Shown here: positions 32,132 through 41,818 of the stretch, in pieces | How the letters are laid out: every line of letters starts with the position of its first letter | Numbering within the stretch: the first letter of the stretch is position 1 | Origin: Elusimicrobiota bacterium | Lineage (GTDB): Bacteria > CG03 > SLGR01 > JBDRKX01 | NCBI GenBank assembly: GCA_043813605.1 | Contig: JBDRKX010000012.1 | Span: 1 to 45,732, forward strand | Direction of reading: 5' to 3' | Length of the DNA stretch: 45,732 nucleotides | The notes under the pieces: model-generated | The model's input: the letters and a program-made list of their open reading frames with translations, nothing else | The model's database searches: none | What the model was told of the DNA's origin: nothing | Position numbers and translations under genes: made by a program

Positions 32132-33066
32132 TCGGACCGGATGGCAGGAGAATAGATTACGCGAGGATATCCCTTACGGACAGGTGCAGGCTGGCATGTA
32201 GATACTGTATCCCGGATACTTTCCCCGGTTTATGCAGGCAAACGGATATACTTGCCTTTGATGAGATACGCCTGCTTATTGATATTCTGGAAGGATTGGG
32301 TATAACAAAGTTCCGTTTCACGGGTGGGGAACCGTTTTTAAGGAAAGGAATAATAGGTTTTCTTGAAAGTCTGGATATTGGCGGCTTATATATAACCTCA
32401 AGCCTGGCGCCGCGATGTTTGGATATTGACAGAATAAACGGTCTCGGGATAAAAGGTATTAACATAAGCCTTGATACGCTGGTGGAGGAAAAATACAGAT
32501 GGCTGACCCGCGGCGGAGATATTAACCGTGTAATAAGAAACTTAATGAGCATTAAAGCTGATATTGTCAGGATAAACACGATACTCATTAAAGGATTTAA
32601 CGATAATGAGATAACCGATATAATAGATTTTGCATTAAGTATCGGGGCTGAACCGCGGTTTATAGAAAAAATGGATTTTATCAGTGATGATTTGGGTTTT
32701 CTTCCTGCAGGGCATATCAGGGAATATCTGCAGAGGGAAGGAATAATAGAACCCGCTTCTTTCCGGCCGGAAAATTCAGCGGCAAAGTATCACAGGATAA
32801 AAGGCAGTGATGCCAGGGTGGGATTCATAGCTCCGGTCAGTGAACCATTTTGTGATAGATGCAGTAAGATCAGGGTAAAAGCTGACGGCGGGTTGAAACC
32901 GTGCCTTTACGGTGCAAGCAGTTTGAACCTGAGGGAAATGATAAGAAAAGGTTCTTCCGATGCCGTTATATCTGAAAAGATCAGGGATGTTATTGCCGGT
33001 TCAGAAAAACCGGCGGGCCAGCTGCCTTGTATCACAGGTGAGATCATGGCCAGCATAGGAGGTTGA
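32125..33066 (+). CDS. moaA: GTP 3',8-cyclase
   Basis: RISLTDRCRLACRYC, TGGEP, FCDRC.KIR...G.LKPCL, terminal IGG. Confidence 0.9.
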   Translation: MLIGPDGRRIDYARISLTDRCRLACRYCIPDTFPGLCRQTDILAFDEIRLLIDILEGLGITKFRFTGGEPFLRKGIIGFLESLDIGGLYITSSLAPRCLDIDRINGLGIKGINISLDTLVEEKYRWLTRGGDINRVIRNLMSIKADIVRINTILIKGFNDNEITDIIDFALSIGAEPRFIEKMDFISDDLGFLPAGHIREYLQREGIIEPASFRPENSAAKYHRIKGSDARVGFIAPVSEPFCDRCSKIRVKADGGLKPCLYGASSLNLREMIRKGSSDAVISEKIRDVIAGSEKPAGQLPCITGEIMASIGG

Positions 33067-33068
33067 AT

Positions 33069-33539
33069 ATGTATTCATCAGACAACGGTTACGGGGCGGA
33101 TCTGAGGATGGCGGATGTTTCCGGTAAAGAAAAGACACTCAGGACAGCCCGTGCGTCCGGTTTTATAAAAATGGGACGGGATACTCTGGAAAAAGTCCGG
33201 AAAAAAGAGGGGCCGAAAGGGGATGTCCTTTCAGTGGCAAAAGTGGCCGGTATAATAGCGGTTAAACAGACGCCTTTTCTTATACCCATGTGTCATAACA
33301 TAGATATAGCGCATTGCAGTATCGAGTTTAAAATAGAAGAAGGCGGTATAGGTGTGGTATCGGAGGTTAAATCTTTTGACCGGACCGGTGCGGAAATGGA
33401 AGCCCTGACAGCAGTATCAGTGGTATTGTTGAACATATATGATATGCTGAAAGCGCTGGAAAGGTCGATGGAGATAGTTAAAATAAAACTGGATAGAAAA
33501 ACCGGGGGAAAGAGCGGGGATTATGTCAGGGAAGATTAG
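33069..33539 (+). CDS. moaC: Cyclic pyranopterin monophosphate synthase
   Basis: MADVSGK, KGDVL, LIPMCH, GAEMEALT, KTGGKSG. Confidence 0.95.
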   Translation: MYSSDNGYGADLRMADVSGKEKTLRTARASGFIKMGRDTLEKVRKKEGPKGDVLSVAKVAGIIAVKQTPFLIPMCHNIDIAHCSIEFKIEEGGIGVVSEVKSFDRTGAEMEALTAVSVVLLNIYDMLKALERSMEIVKIKLDRKTGGKSGDYVRED

Positions 33540-33960
33540 CGCCATATGCATTTCTGCCAGGAAGGGAGCTCCTAAAACATGTGTCGATACTGCCCGGATA
33601 GAGGCCGGTCACGGTATCGCGGGTGATGTGCATGCGGGTAAGGGCCCGCGGCAGGTATCCATCCTTCTTGAAGAATCGCTAGATACATTAAATGATTTCG
33701 GAATGGAAACAGCCCCGGGTGATTTTGCCGAAAACCTTATTATCAAGGGGATTGTCAGCGAAAAAATAAAAAAAGGAGACAGGATAGTAATAAAAGATGA
33801 TATAGTACTGGAAGTGACCCAGATAGGAAAAGTTTGTCATGATAAGTGCGGTATATTCGAAAAACTGGGTAGATGCGCAATGGCTGATGAGGGGATATTT
33901 GCCGCCGTTATCTCAGGCGGGACGATATGCCCGGGCGACAGTGTAGAGATAGAAAGATGA
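33523..33960 (+). CDS. MOSC-domain protein
   Basis: GDVHAG...RQVS, PGDFAENL, QIGKVCH..C. Confidence 0.9.
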   Translation: MSGKISAICISARKGAPKTCVDTARIEAGHGIAGDVHAGKGPRQVSILLEESLDTLNDFGMETAPGDFAENLIIKGIVSEKIKKGDRIVIKDDIVLEVTQIGKVCHDKCGIFEKLGRCAMADEGIFAAVISGGTICPGDSVEIER

Positions 33961-34448
33961 TAAAGACAGCTATTTTGACTATATCGAGTACCCGTACGGC
34001 GGAAACTGATTTTACGGGAGATGCCGTTTTCAGAATACTTCAGCAGGGCGGGTTTGATGTGATCGCCAGGGAAATTGTCGGTGATGATAAAGAAAAGATA
34101 TTTGTAAAACTCGTACATTTTTCTGATGTACTGGAAGCCGACCTTGTCCTTACTGCCGGCGGTACGGGAGGCGGTCCTTATGATGTCACTCCTGAAGCTA
34201 CGCTTGATACTATAGACAGGCTCATGCCCGGATTATCAGAACTCATGAGGGCTGAAGGCATAAAAAAAACAAAAAAGGCGGCCCTTTCAAGGGGTGTATC
34301 GGGCATAAGAAAAAGTACCCTGATAATAAATCTTCCCGGTTCGCCGAACGGCGCGGGTGAATCTCTGGATACGATAATAGATATTCTGCCGCATGCGGTA
34401 GATGTTATAAAGGGTGCCGGCCATCCGGCAGATAAGGAGGGATCTTGA
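33957..34448 (+). CDS. Molybdopterin adenylyltransferase MogA/MoaB
   Basis: LT.GGTG...DVTPEAT, SRGVSG, NLPGSP. Confidence 0.92.
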   Translation: MIKTAILTISSTRTAETDFTGDAVFRILQQGGFDVIAREIVGDDKEKIFVKLVHFSDVLEADLVLTAGGTGGGPYDVTPEATLDTIDRLMPGLSELMRAEGIKKTKKAALSRGVSGIRKSTLIINLPGSPNGAGESLDTIIDILPHAVDVIKGAGHPADKEGS

Positions 34449-34966
34449 TTCTTGCCAGGATATTTTTTGTTTTCGTTAAAATAGGCTCTTTTGCCATAGG
34501 CGGCGCATATTCGTTCCTGCCATTGATCGATGTGGAGATAGTCAAGAAATACGGTTGGCTTACGGAAAAAGAGTTTCTTGATATATCCGGGCTAAGTGCT
34601 GTGATTCCAGGGCCTATATCGGTAAAGTATGCTACTTATATAGGTTATAAGGTTTACGGTATACCAGGCGCCATAGCGGCAAATATCGGGGTCATACTCC
34701 CGGCGGCCCTGATGATGACGGGTATAACCATGCTCTACCTCAAGTACAGGGAGATACAGAGAGTCAAGTCGGCTCTGGCTATTGTAAGGTTAGCTGTATT
34801 CTCGATGATAATCGTGGTCGCGTTCCAGATGATAGGAGTAAAAAATCTTTTCTCGCTGAAGAACGGGATCATGGCGATAGTTTTTCTTCTGTTTTTTTTA
34901 TCGGGCAGGGTGCATCCGGCGCTTATAATCATAAGTGCGGGATTGCTGGGCGCGTTAGCCGGGTAG
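34445..34966 (+). CDS. Short-chain chromate transporter (CHR family), single subunit
   Basis: KIGSFAIGGAY, WLTEKEF, PGPI...ATYIG. Confidence 0.85.
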   Translation: MILARIFFVFVKIGSFAIGGAYSFLPLIDVEIVKKYGWLTEKEFLDISGLSAVIPGPISVKYATYIGYKVYGIPGAIAANIGVILPAALMMTGITMLYLKYREIQRVKSALAIVRLAVFSMIIVVAFQMIGVKNLFSLKNGIMAIVFLLFFLSGRVHPALIIISAGLLGALAG

Positions 34967-34970
34967 AAAG

Positions 34971-36053
34971 ATCAAAAGATCACTGCTGATATTTTTATTC
35001 GTATTTACCGCTTACCAGTCTCTTCAGGCAGCCGTAAGCCCGGTAAACAGATACGTAAAAGGAGAAATACTCGAAATCATCCCCGAAATAACAAAAGGGT
35101 ACTCGGGTATACAGAATCTGAAAGTAATAATCAGAAGTGGTAAATACACCGGTCTCATACTTGATATCCCGAACAGTATATGGGAAGAAGAGGGTTATAA
35201 TACACGTCAAGGTAAAGGGGGTAATGTTGTCTTGCAGCTGGTAGAGGTAGAAGGTCTTGTAGAAACCGCGCGGGTGATGGGCTATTACCGGTCGCCGTAT
35301 ATACTTGCCGGTGCAGGTGTTTTTTTATTGTGTTTTTTTCTTATAGCGGGCATAAAGCGGACCGGCGCTGTTTTTACGATGCTCCTGAATATCGCAGTTG
35401 TTTTATTACTTATACAGGCGATGAAAAGAGGATACCCGCCGCTTTTGGCGGCGTTTGTTCTGGCGGGTACGGGAGTGGCTGTTACAATGGCGGTAATACT
35501 CCGCTCCGGCAGGAAATTGGCTGCCAGTCTGTTGGGTGCTGCTGTGGGAATTCTGTCTGCCGGTCTTTTAACATCAGTATTCATGAAGATGATGCATATA
35601 AGCGGCATGTTTTCCATGGATGCCAGGATGCTGCTTACCGCTTCCCGGCATCTGTCGGGCTGGGACCTGTGGGATCTCAGGGGACTTGTTGCAGCCGGCG
35701 TTATAGTTGCGTCAATGGGCGCTGTGATCGATATCTCCGTATCAGTGGTCTCGGCGCTATGGCAGGTATCATGTTCGGCCGGAATGGCGACTTTCTCCGC
35801 TTTATGGAAAAGCGGCATGCGTGTCGGCAGGGACATAATAGCGACGATGATAAACAGCCTTATACTTGTTTTCCTGGGCGTGTCGCTGCCGATGATAGCT
35901 GTCTTTGAAGCTGCCGGCATCCCTTTTATAAGGGCGGTTAATTACGAGTTCTTTTCAATACTCATCCTGTCAGCAATAGTATCTACGGTATCCCTGGTAG
36001 TCACGGTTCCTGCCACTTGCGCTGTTTCGGCCGCATTTTTCAGAAAACAATGA
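34971..36053 (+). CDS. YibE/F-family membrane protein (apparent ATC start)
   Basis: Frame open from 34959 with signal peptide IKRSLLIFLFVFTAYQSLQA. GAVID, GRDIIATMINSL motifs. Confidence 0.75.
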   Translation: MKRSLLIFLFVFTAYQSLQAAVSPVNRYVKGEILEIIPEITKGYSGIQNLKVIIRSGKYTGLILDIPNSIWEEEGYNTRQGKGGNVVLQLVEVEGLVETARVMGYYRSPYILAGAGVFLLCFFLIAGIKRTGAVFTMLLNIAVVLLLIQAMKRGYPPLLAAFVLAGTGVAVTMAVILRSGRKLAASLLGAAVGILSAGLLTSVFMKMMHISGMFSMDARMLLTASRHLSGWDLWDLRGLVAAGVIVASMGAVIDISVSVVSALWQVSCSAGMATFSALWKSGMRVGRDIIATMINSLILVFLGVSLPMIAVFEAAGIPFIRAVNYEFFSILILSAIVSTVSLVVTVPATCAVSAAFFRKQ

Positions 36054-37198
36054 AAAATAAATTTTTTTTAGGTTTGATGATATTCGGGATATTCTCGTGC
36101 GCGTCAGAACTTTTTGCTGATAGCTGGGGGGAACGGCCCGACACACATTTTTATGCACATCCTTTTAACGAGATAAAGACATCTACAAGGACATTTGCGC
36201 GGGCAGAAGTCATAAAAGTGCTCAGAAAAGGCGTTGTCCGTCATGGCGGTATGCTCAAGGTATTGATCGCGTCCGGGAACCATAGGGGAAAGGTTACCTA
36301 TGTGCCTAATTTCTCGTTCGGCCCGGATACTGCTGTAGATGAAAAGGAAGGAACGAACGTAATAATAAGTTATTATGAAGGAGACGAACCATCCGATGTA
36401 TTTATAGAAGATTATGACAGGATAGGTTCATTTGTCATACTTTTGATCGTGTTCACTCTGGTTGTGTGTCTTTTTGGCGGGTTAAGAAGCCTTTATTCTC
36501 TGATCGTGCTCGGGATCAGCATGGCCGTCCTGAAATATATCTATATTCCCGGAATTATAATGAGCTCGACTCCGGTTCTATTGACGCTGATACTTGTAAG
36601 CGGTATGATCATATTGACTGTATTGGCTGTAGGCGGATTGAGTGCGAAGAGCCTGGCTGCCATTGCCGGATCGTTTGCCGGGATGCTGGTTATCTTACTT
36701 TTATCCATGTATATTTACAAATTGGCGCATATCAACGGATTCTATCTTAACGAGATAAGGCTATTGGATTATTTTGCCGATACGGGTAATATGAGAACTA
36801 TGTTCTATTACCGTAACCTTCTGGTATCAGTGCTTCTTATTGGCGCCTCCGGGGTGGTCATGGATGCGGGAATAACCGTTGCCTCATCGGTTCATGAGAT
36901 AAAAACAGTCAACCCGAAAGCGGGAATGAAAGAACTGTATAAAAGAGGGCTTTCTGTCGGAAGAGATGTCTCTATAACAATGGCAAATACGCTTATAGTT
37001 GCGTTTATGGGTATTTCGCTGGGAAGCCTGCTTGTCGAGACTCTTCATATAAGTTCGTTTTTTCAGCTGTTTAATACAGAACTCTTCAGTGTTGTATTCT
37101 ACCAGGCGGTTATTGGAAGCACGGGATATCTTGTATGTATTTTTGTCGCCGCCCTGGCATCTTCTCTTTTTATGTCTTCAGGGGTTGACAAGACTTGA
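36050..37198 (+). CDS. YibE/F-family membrane protein
   Basis: ATGA overlap with the previous gene, signal peptide, GVVMD, VGRDV..TMANTL. Confidence 0.85.
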   Translation: MKNKFFLGLMIFGIFSCASELFADSWGERPDTHFYAHPFNEIKTSTRTFARAEVIKVLRKGVVRHGGMLKVLIASGNHRGKVTYVPNFSFGPDTAVDEKEGTNVIISYYEGDEPSDVFIEDYDRIGSFVILLIVFTLVVCLFGGLRSLYSLIVLGISMAVLKYIYIPGIIMSSTPVLLTLILVSGMIILTVLAVGGLSAKSLAAIAGSFAGMLVILLLSMYIYKLAHINGFYLNEIRLLDYFADTGNMRTMFYYRNLLVSVLLIGASGVVMDAGITVASSVHEIKTVNPKAGMKELYKRGLSVGRDVSITMANTLIVAFMGISLGSLLVETLHISSFFQLFNTELFSVVFYQAVIGSTGYLVCIFVAALASSLFMSSGVDKT

Positions 37199-37233
37199 AT
37201 AAATAATCAATCATTATATTAGGATATGTTAAT

Positions 37234-37545
37234 ATGAAGATAGAGAGAGCTTTAATATACAGGAAAAGAGCGGAATTTTTTAGGGCACTTTCGCATCCTG
37301 TAAGGCTTCTTATCGTGGAAGGACTGGTAGAAGGTGAAAAATGTGTGAATGGGATCGAGAAAATGCTGGGATTCAACCAATCCAGTATTTCACAGCATCT
37401 TAATATACTGAGAACATGCGGTATTGTGGATTACAGGACAGATGGGAGAAGAAGATGCTATTTTCTCATTGACCGTGAGTGTGTGAAGGATATGCTGAAC
37501 TGTACAAATAACAAAGACAGGAGGAAAAATGAAGATAGAGGTTAA
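37234..37545 (+). CDS. ArsR/SmtB-family transcriptional regulator
   Basis: FRALSHPVRL, CV, SISQHLNILR. Confidence 0.92.
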   Translation: MKIERALIYRKRAEFFRALSHPVRLLIVEGLVEGEKCVNGIEKMLGFNQSSISQHLNILRTCGIVDYRTDGRRRCYFLIDRECVKDMLNCTNNKDRRKNEDRG

Positions 37546-37852
37546 TGATGCCAATTTTAAACAGGAAGTGCTTGAAGCTAAAATTCCTGTTCTTGTGGAT
37601 TTCTGGGCTGAATGGTGTATGCCGTGCAAGATGCTCGAACCGGTAGTAAACGAGTTAGCTGACGAATATAACGGCAAGATAAAAGTATGCAGTCTCAATG
37701 TCGATGATTCCAGGGTCACTGCGGGCGAGTATAATATAATGAGCATACCTACGATCGCGATCTTCGACAAAGGAAGAGTTATCGATACGGTAGTAGGCGC
37801 AGTGCCCAAAGGCGCTATTACAGAACGGATAACCAAACTTTTAGGCACATAG
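37529..37852 (+). CDS. trxA: Thioredoxin
   Basis: VDFWAEWCMPCK, SIPT. Confidence 0.95.
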   Translation: MKIEVNDANFKQEVLEAKIPVLVDFWAEWCMPCKMLEPVVNELADEYNGKIKVCSLNVDDSRVTAGEYNIMSIPTIAIFDKGRVIDTVVGAVPKGAITERITKLLGT

Positions 37853-37870
37853 GTAAAAAGGACCCAGCTT

Positions 37871-38104
37871 ATGCCGATATACACGTATTTATGCCGCAGG
37901 TGCAGCGGTGAATTCGAGAGGCTGGAGAATGTGTGTGCCGATGAAGATGAACTGAAATGCACGCTGTGCGGGAGCATAGACGTCGAAAGGCAGTTCTCGA
38001 CTTTCAGTGTCGGACGCAGAGGGTCTTCATCTTCTCCTTCGTGTTCGGACAGCCCGTATTGTTCGACTTGCTGTCCGGGAAAGGATTCCTGCAATCTCCA
38101 CTAA
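37871..38104 (+). CDS. FmdB-family zinc-ribbon protein
   Basis: MPIYTY.C..C...FE, CTLCGS, Cys-rich tail. Confidence 0.88.
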   Translation: MPIYTYLCRRCSGEFERLENVCADEDELKCTLCGSIDVERQFSTFSVGRRGSSSSPSCSDSPYCSTCCPGKDSCNLH

Positions 38105-38117
38105 TTCGGAAGAAACT

Positions 38118-38486
38118 ATAGAAAATATTCTCTCCGGCAGTAGTTTTGCCGTAATAGGTTCCTTTAAAGATAAATCAAAATATTCTTACCGGATATTGCT
38201 TAACCTGATCGCTTTAGGCAAAGAGGTTTACCCGGTTAATCCCAGGGGAGGGACTGTCGAGGATCTCAAATGTTATAAAAGCGTGACCGATATCCCTGCG
38301 GATGTAAATGCAGTTACCATAGTCACACCGCCGGAAGTTACAGAGAAGATCGTTGCCGAGTGTAAAGAAAAAGGAATAAAAAACGTATGGCTCCAGCCTG
38401 GTGCACAAAGCAAAAGGGCAGTTGACTACTGTAATGAAAACGGCATTAACGTGATATACAATACATGCATGTATCTGAGGCTTTAG
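38118..38486 (+). CDS. CoA-binding protein (YccU-like); start uncertain
   Basis: FAVIGS, VYPVNP, WLQPGA. The only canonical start (GTG 38007) lies deep inside the upstream gene, whereas ATA 38118 follows GGAAG. Confidence 0.8.
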   Translation: MENILSGSSFAVIGSFKDKSKYSYRILLNLIALGKEVYPVNPRGGTVEDLKCYKSVTDIPADVNAVTIVTPPEVTEKIVAECKEKGIKNVWLQPGAQSKRAVDYCNENGINVIYNTCMYLRL

Positions 38487-38505
38487 AAAAAAGCCTGTTA
38501 AGGTT

Positions 38506-39099
38506 TTGAAAAAACTCTCGAAATTACACACTTTTAAAAAAATCCGGTTACTGGTATTATCGTTATTAATCAGTATAGCAGGCTGTGCCGGTCATGATGC
38601 GCTTAGCGACAGGCTTGTAGTAGGTTTTGATATTGATGACACCCTGCTTTTCAGTACACCGGCATTTGAAAAGGGGTTCCAGAGTAAAGAACGGCCGTTT
38701 TCTCAGGGATTCTGGGAAATAGTGAATTTTTCTGATGAAGGTAACAGCGTGATCAAGAAAACGGCAGCATTGATCCTGGAAGATCACAGGTCAAAGGGAG
38801 CTGATATATATGTGATAACAGCGCGGCATCCTCCCGGAAGCACGGTACTGAAAAAATTCCTTAAGAAAAATTTCGGTATTGAAGAGGACCGTGTGTTTTT
38901 TGAGACAGAAGGAAAAACCATGAGGCTGAAAAGTATCGGGGTGGATATATTCTATGGTGATTCAGATTCTGATATAACTGCGGCCCTGGAAGCCGGAGCT
39001 ATCCCGTACCGGATAATGAGAGCCCCTGAATCGTCTTACAGAAAAAAATACAATCCCGGTAAATACAGAGAAAATATAATCAAAGATTCTGAATGGTAA
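38506..39099 (+). CDS. Class B acid phosphatase (AphA-like HAD) lipoprotein
   Basis: Lipobox IAGC, GFDIDDTLLFS, ITAR, FYGDSDSDI, RIMRA..S. Confidence 0.85.
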   Translation: MKKLSKLHTFKKIRLLVLSLLISIAGCAGHDALSDRLVVGFDIDDTLLFSTPAFEKGFQSKERPFSQGFWEIVNFSDEGNSVIKKTAALILEDHRSKGADIYVITARHPPGSTVLKKFLKKNFGIEEDRVFFETEGKTMRLKSIGVDIFYGDSDSDITAALEAGAIPYRIMRAPESSYRKKYNPGKYRENIIKDSEW

Positions 39100-39188
39100 A
39101 ATACTGCCTGAGTCCGGCATTTCCGAGAATTTGACTATTAACAGAATAGTGTGCTATTTTAATGGATAAGATAACAAAGGAGATGCCC

Positions 39189-39725
39189 ATGAAAAGATTG
39201 ATGTTCCTGTTGTTCGGGGTATTAATGTTTGCCGGCTGTGCCGGAGAAAAGACTATAAAAGATGCTGAAAAACAGAAAACGGGGGGTACTATGAAATTCA
39301 CAAGCAGTGCTTTTAAGAATTCAGAAAAGATGCCGAGAAAATATACTGACGACGGACAGGATGTATCTCCGCCGCTTTTTATATCGGGAGTACCGCCCGA
39401 GGCAAAAACACTGGTACTTATAATGGATGATCCCGATGCGCCGGGGTTTACCTGGGATCATTGGGTAGTATTCAATATACCGCCTGATATGAGAGAGATC
39501 AAAGAGGGAATAACACCATGGGGGACTGCGGGCGTTAACAGCTGGGGTAAAACAGGTTACGGAGGACCGGCTCCGCCTTCCGGTACGCATCGCTATTTTT
39601 TTAAACTCTATGCTGTCGACAAAGTCCTTGAACTTCAGGAAGGCGCTTCAAAGACTATGATCGAAATGGCCATGAAAGGGTCAATAGTGGCTGAAGCTGT
39701 CCTTGTGGTTACTTATTCAAGATAG
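39189..39725 (+). CDS. YbhB/YbcL (PEBP) family lipoprotein
   Basis: Lipobox FAGC, DDPDAP, HWVVFNI, YGGPAPP..HRYFFKLYA. Confidence 0.9.
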   Translation: MKRLMFLLFGVLMFAGCAGEKTIKDAEKQKTGGTMKFTSSAFKNSEKMPRKYTDDGQDVSPPLFISGVPPEAKTLVLIMDDPDAPGFTWDHWVVFNIPPDMREIKEGITPWGTAGVNSWGKTGYGGPAPPSGTHRYFFKLYAVDKVLELQEGASKTMIEMAMKGSIVAEAVLVVTYSR

Positions 39726-39771
39726 AATATTTACGTCGGCCGCCCGGCAAGGATCACAATGGTAAAATAAA

Positions 39772-40806
39772 ATGCCCCTAATATTATTTGCTGGTATTGT
39801 CATAATTATTGTCCTGCTCGTGCTGCAGTTTTTAAACAGCCGGCCGGTGGATTACGCTTCTAAATTCGAAGCTTCACTTAACGAACATTTCCGGAACTTC
39901 CAGACAGATATACACAGGGAACTCAATTCCACCAGGGAAGAAGTTAACAGGTCAAAGGACCTGATATCGGAACATGCTGTTAAAACGATAGATACGATAA
40001 AGGAAATGGGTTCCACGCTTCACAAGATAATACAGCAGCAGGAAGAGGCGCAGAAGCTCGGGCAGTCTCTCAAAGATGTGCTGCAGGTACCCAAGCTCAG
40101 GGGCAGCTACGGTGAAGCTGTGCTGGAAGAAATGCTGGAAAGGGTTCTGCCTGACAAGATATGGGAAAAGCAGTATACAATAACTGACGGAAAAAAAGTG
40201 GATGCCGTTGTAAAGCTGAAAGATATAGTGATACCTATAGACGCAAAGTTCCCGCGAGATGATTACAACAGGTACCTTGAATCGGATCAGCCTGATGAAA
40301 AAAAGCAGCATTGGAAAAACCATGAAAAAGCGGTAAAGAACCAGATAAAGAGTATCAGCGACAAATACATCAAACCCGAAAACGGCACATCTGATTTCGC
40401 CCTTATGTTCATCCCCTCGGAAGCAGTTTATTACGAGACGATCGCTGAGAAAAACTATATCGGGGAACCCTCGGATATGTATGATTATGCGCAGAGTAAC
40501 CGTGTTATACCCGTGAGTCCCAACACCTTCTATGCATTCCTTCAGGTCGTCGTGATGGGTACCCGGAACATGGAAATAATGAAAAGCGCTAAAAAACTTC
40601 AGGAAGACCTGTCCGCACTCGAGCGGTCTTTTGGTCTGTTCTATAACAAGTACGAAGATATGGGTAAACATATAGATAAAGCTGCCGAAGCTTACAGGAT
40701 AGGTGAGGGGCACATATCCAAATATAAAAAGAGACTCGATACCGTGCTCCGGATGGATGAGCTTACAAGCAGCGTATTGCCGGAAGATACGTCCGTATCA
40801 GACTGA
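39772..40806 (+). CDS. rmuC: DNA recombination protein RmuC family
   Basis: N-terminal TM plus coiled coil, RGSYGE, IDAKFP, KYI.P...DFALMFIPSE, VSPNT. Confidence 0.9.
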   Translation: MPLILFAGIVIIIVLLVLQFLNSRPVDYASKFEASLNEHFRNFQTDIHRELNSTREEVNRSKDLISEHAVKTIDTIKEMGSTLHKIIQQQEEAQKLGQSLKDVLQVPKLRGSYGEAVLEEMLERVLPDKIWEKQYTITDGKKVDAVVKLKDIVIPIDAKFPRDDYNRYLESDQPDEKKQHWKNHEKAVKNQIKSISDKYIKPENGTSDFALMFIPSEAVYYETIAEKNYIGEPSDMYDYAQSNRVIPVSPNTFYAFLQVVVMGTRNMEIMKSAKKLQEDLSALERSFGLFYNKYEDMGKHIDKAAEAYRIGEGHISKYKKRLDTVLRMDELTSSVLPEDTSVSD

Positions 40807-40826
40807 AAGGATAAAAGAGGGGCAAT

Positions 40827-41777
40827 ATTAGAATTACCAGAAGAGAATTCATAAAAGCAGTATCAGTTATGCTTGTCGGACTTGTTACAAAAAAACTTTC
40901 GGCAACCGAAAGTTCGCCTGTATCCGGGGCTGTCGGATCTCTCCTGAAAAAAGGCGCTGTTGCCGGCGGCAAAAAATATGAATTGTCTATTATTAAGGGG
41001 ACAGATCACGCTGCGATAACCAGACAGGCGGTATCAGCGCTCGGCGGTATGGAAAGATTCGTAAAAAAAGGCGATACGGTTGTTGTTAAGCCTAATATGT
41101 CATGGGACAGAAGACCCGAACAGGCAGGAAATACCAATCCTGCAGTTGCAAGAGAAGTGGTGAAGATGTGTTTTGAAGCAGGTGCAAAAAAAGTAAAAGT
41201 ATTCGATAGATGCTGTGCCGATGCTGAGAGTAGTTATAAGAACAGCGGTGTTGCTGAAGCCTGCCGGGAAGCCGGTGCGGATGTCTTCCATACTGATGAC
41301 TGGAACTATGTAAATGCAAAGTTCGATTACGATTCACCGCTCGAAGGATGGCCGGTATATAAGGATGTTGTAAAAGCCGACTGTTTTATTAACGTGCCTA
41401 TACTTAAGCATCACGGGTATACAAGGCTTACTCTTTCTATAAAGAATCTTATGGGTGTGATGGGCGGTAACAGGGGAAATGTCCACCGGGATATAAGCAT
41501 AAAACTTGCGCATCTTGCTGATTTTATCAAACCGACTTTGAATATTATGGATGCGACCAGGGTACTGATGAGAAACGGGCCTAACGGCGGTAATATTGAG
41601 GATGTGAAAATATTCAATACTGTCATGGCGTCTACTGATCCCGTACTGATCGATTCCGAGGCGGCGCGCCTTGTCGGAGTAACTCCCAGAAATATAGGAT
41701 ACATAAAAGAAGCAGAAAAAATCGGGCTGGGAAAATTCAGTGTCTCTCCCGGACTTATTTACAGAAAACAGGCATAA
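40827..41777 (+). CDS. DUF362-family protein, Tat-exported, copy 1 (apparent ATT start)
   Basis: VVKPN, NTNP, INVPILKHH, KNLMG. TRREFIK lies upstream of ATG 40869, in frame from ATT 40827 after GAGGGG. Confidence 0.85.
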   Translation: MRITRREFIKAVSVMLVGLVTKKLSATESSPVSGAVGSLLKKGAVAGGKKYELSIIKGTDHAAITRQAVSALGGMERFVKKGDTVVVKPNMSWDRRPEQAGNTNPAVAREVVKMCFEAGAKKVKVFDRCCADAESSYKNSGVAEACREAGADVFHTDDWNYVNAKFDYDSPLEGWPVYKDVVKADCFINVPILKHHGYTRLTLSIKNLMGVMGGNRGNVHRDISIKLAHLADFIKPTLNIMDATRVLMRNGPNGGNIEDVKIFNTVMASTDPVLIDSEAARLVGVTPRNIGYIKEAEKIGLGKFSVSPGLIYRKQA

Positions 41778-41818
41778 ATTTAAAACGGGTCAGACTTAAA
41801 GAATAAAAGAAGTCTACA

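Noticed and set aside
31108..40713. Long antisense ORFs (31108-31926, 35285-35920, 37390-38094, 39952-40713)
   Set aside because: Shadow frames of well-supported genes with no recognisable motifs.
26553..40806. TatD, NUDIX and RmuC as an anti-phage defence system
   Set aside because: They are dispersed, look like the ordinary housekeeping versions, and have no defence partners nearby.
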